Source of the DNA: Escherichia coli
GTDB lineage: Bacteria; Pseudomonadota; Gammaproteobacteria; Enterobacterales; Enterobacteriaceae
DNA: 895 bases
Strand: one strand, 5' to 3'
Assembly (NCBI RefSeq): GCF_003334405.1
Contig: NZ_QOWM01000051.1
The notes under the pieces are model-generated. The model was not told the origin of the DNA and did not search any database. It saw nothing but the letters and a program-made list of their open reading frames with translations. Positions within the stretch are counted from its first letter, which is position 1; the number at the start of each line of letters is the position of its first letter. This document shows, in pieces, positions 1 through 895 of the stretch. The position numbers and the translations under genes were made by a program.

Positions 1-895
1 TGCGGTCCGTCTTCTCCGTCAGCCTGCCGTATTCATCGTGGCGGTAGACATAGTGCGCATCCTCCGCGATGCGGTTATCCGGCCACACTGTGAGTGTACT
101 GTCCGGGTGCAGCTCCGGGTCCGGCAGCCGGTTGCCCGCCGGGTCCGTGGCATACGGGATGCGGATGTCCAGGTCTGGTGCGAGGGTGCGCACACTCTCC
201 AGCCTGCCCGTGGCGCTGTAGCCGTATTCCCGCGTCTGTCGCGGGCCGCTGATGCGCACCAGGTCGCCGTTGTCACTCCACCCGTAGTCACGGTCATATA
301 CCAGGCTGTTCAGGTGCTGGCTCTGTAACTGGCCTGCGGGGGTGTATGTGCTGGTCAGTTCGTATGCGGCATTACTGCCTGCCATGCTGCCGAAGCTGCG
401 CACCGTCTCACGGTGCAGCCTGTCCCGCGTATACTCGACCAGCGGCGTCCCGCCCAGCTTCATTCCCGCCAGGTAACCGCTGCCATACGTCAGCCACTCC
501 ACCGGCGGCAGGCTGTCCGGCGTGACGCGGTTTGCCAGCCCCTGCTCGTTGTATGCGTGTTTCGTCTCATGCTGCCACAGCAGTTCCCCCGTCTCCGGGT
601 TCTCCACCGTCTGGCATTCGCCGGTCAGGCGGCCTTTATCGTCATAGCCATAGTGGACGGCAACACGGTGGCCTTCGCTCAGGTGGCTGATGTCTGTCAG
701 CCAGCCGTGGCCATCATACTGCCACTGCTCTGCCGGTTCGCCGTTCACCGTGCGGTGAGTGATACGGTCCGATTCATCGTAGTACCAGAGGATGACAAGT
801 CCCTCATCCTCACTCTGTGTGAGTTTTCCGGTCAGGTCATAATGATAACGTTGCGTCCGCCCGTCAAAGCCGCCCTGCTGTACCAGCCGGTCCAG
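1..895 (-). CDS. rhs: Internal fragment, partial at both ends, of an Rhs-family YD-repeat core protein (polymorphic toxin, T6SS-associated or contact-dependent class). Complete codons occupy 2..895; position 1 is the first base of the next codon.
   Basis: Hand translation of the reverse complement starting at position 895 gives 298 codons with no stop: [298 protein letters not shown]. It contains repeated YD-repeat motifs (Y-x-Y-D-x-x-G-R/K-L-T) at roughly 20-25 residue spacing and is rich in Tyr (21), Asp (25), Gly and Trp (7), as expected for an Rhs/YD shell. From memory it closely matches the conserved E. coli-type Rhs core (rhsA/B/C/D family). The paralog cannot be assigned because the cores are near-identical and the distinguishing C-terminal tip is not in the window. 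No database search was run. Confidence 0.92.
   Translation of the reverse strand, partial: MDRLVQQGGFDGRTQRYHYDLTGKLTQSEDEGLVILWYYDESDRITHRTVNGEPAEQWQYDGHGWLTDISHLSEGHRVAVHYGYDDKGRLTGECQTVENPETGELLWQHETKHAYNEQGLANRVTPDSLPPVEWLTYGSGYLAGMKLGGTPLVEYTRDRLHRETVRSFGSMAGSNAAYELTSTYTPAGQLQSQHLNSLVYDRDYGWSDNGDLVRISGPRQTREYGYSATGRLESVRTLAPDLDIRIPYATDPAGNRLPDPELHPDSTLTVWPDNRIAEDAHYVYRHDEYGRLTEKTDR

Noticed and set aside
19-297. Minus-strand 92-aa ORF from the six-frame track ([24 protein letters not shown]...)
   Set aside because: It is on the same strand as the real gene but in a different frame: its ATG is at 295..297, whereas the true frame reads TAT at 296..298. The translation is Thr/Arg/Ala-rich with no motif. 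It is an out-of-frame artefact inside the Rhs CDS.
38-328. Plus-strand 96-aa ORF from the six-frame track ([30 protein letters not shown]...)
   Set aside because: It lies antisense to the strongly supported Rhs coding frame. Its translation is Arg/Val/Ala-rich low-complexity sequence typical of the antisense strand of GC-rich genes, with no recognisable motif and no visible ribosome-binding context. It is almost certainly a spurious ORF.
383-463. Internal ATG codons in the true frame (Met at 461..463 and 383..385, minus strand) as possible start sites
   Set aside because: The open frame continues uninterrupted upstream of both (towards 895) with conserved YD-repeat motifs, so these are internal methionines, not initiation sites.
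17-847. Possibility that the periodic motif is a CRISPR array or DNA tandem repeat
   Set aside because: The periodicity is only at the protein level (YD repeats). The nucleotide units are diverged, there are no repeat/spacer units of uniform length, and the whole region is in one continuous open frame.
1-895. Frameshifted or pseudogenised Rhs fragment
   Set aside because: The frame is clean across all 298 codons and motif spacing is regular. There is no in-window evidence of disruption, though truncation outside the window cannot be excluded.
1-895. A novel, previously undescribed system inside this window
   Set aside because: Everything in the window is explained by the conserved core of a well-known gene family. 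The core is the least variable part of Rhs loci, so claiming novelty here would be unsupported. Novelty, if any, must be sought in the off-window C-terminal tip and immunity region.

Overview
The whole 895-bp window is an internal fragment of one gene on the minus strand: the conserved YD-repeat core of an Rhs-family polymorphic toxin, as found in Enterobacteriaceae. One minus-strand frame (complete codons at 2..895) is open for all 298 codons, with no start or stop inside the window. The ORF track missed it for that reason; the two ORFs it does report are artefacts in other frames of this GC-rich sequence. The translation carries a periodic series of YD-repeat motifs ([47 protein letters not shown] and degenerate copies) about every 20-25 residues. 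I see no RNA genes, CRISPR array, mobile-element termini, promoters or terminators. I found no previously undescribed system in this window. Any variable or novel part of this locus (the C-terminal toxin tip and its immunity gene) would lie off-window beyond position 1, and the N-terminal region beyond position 895.
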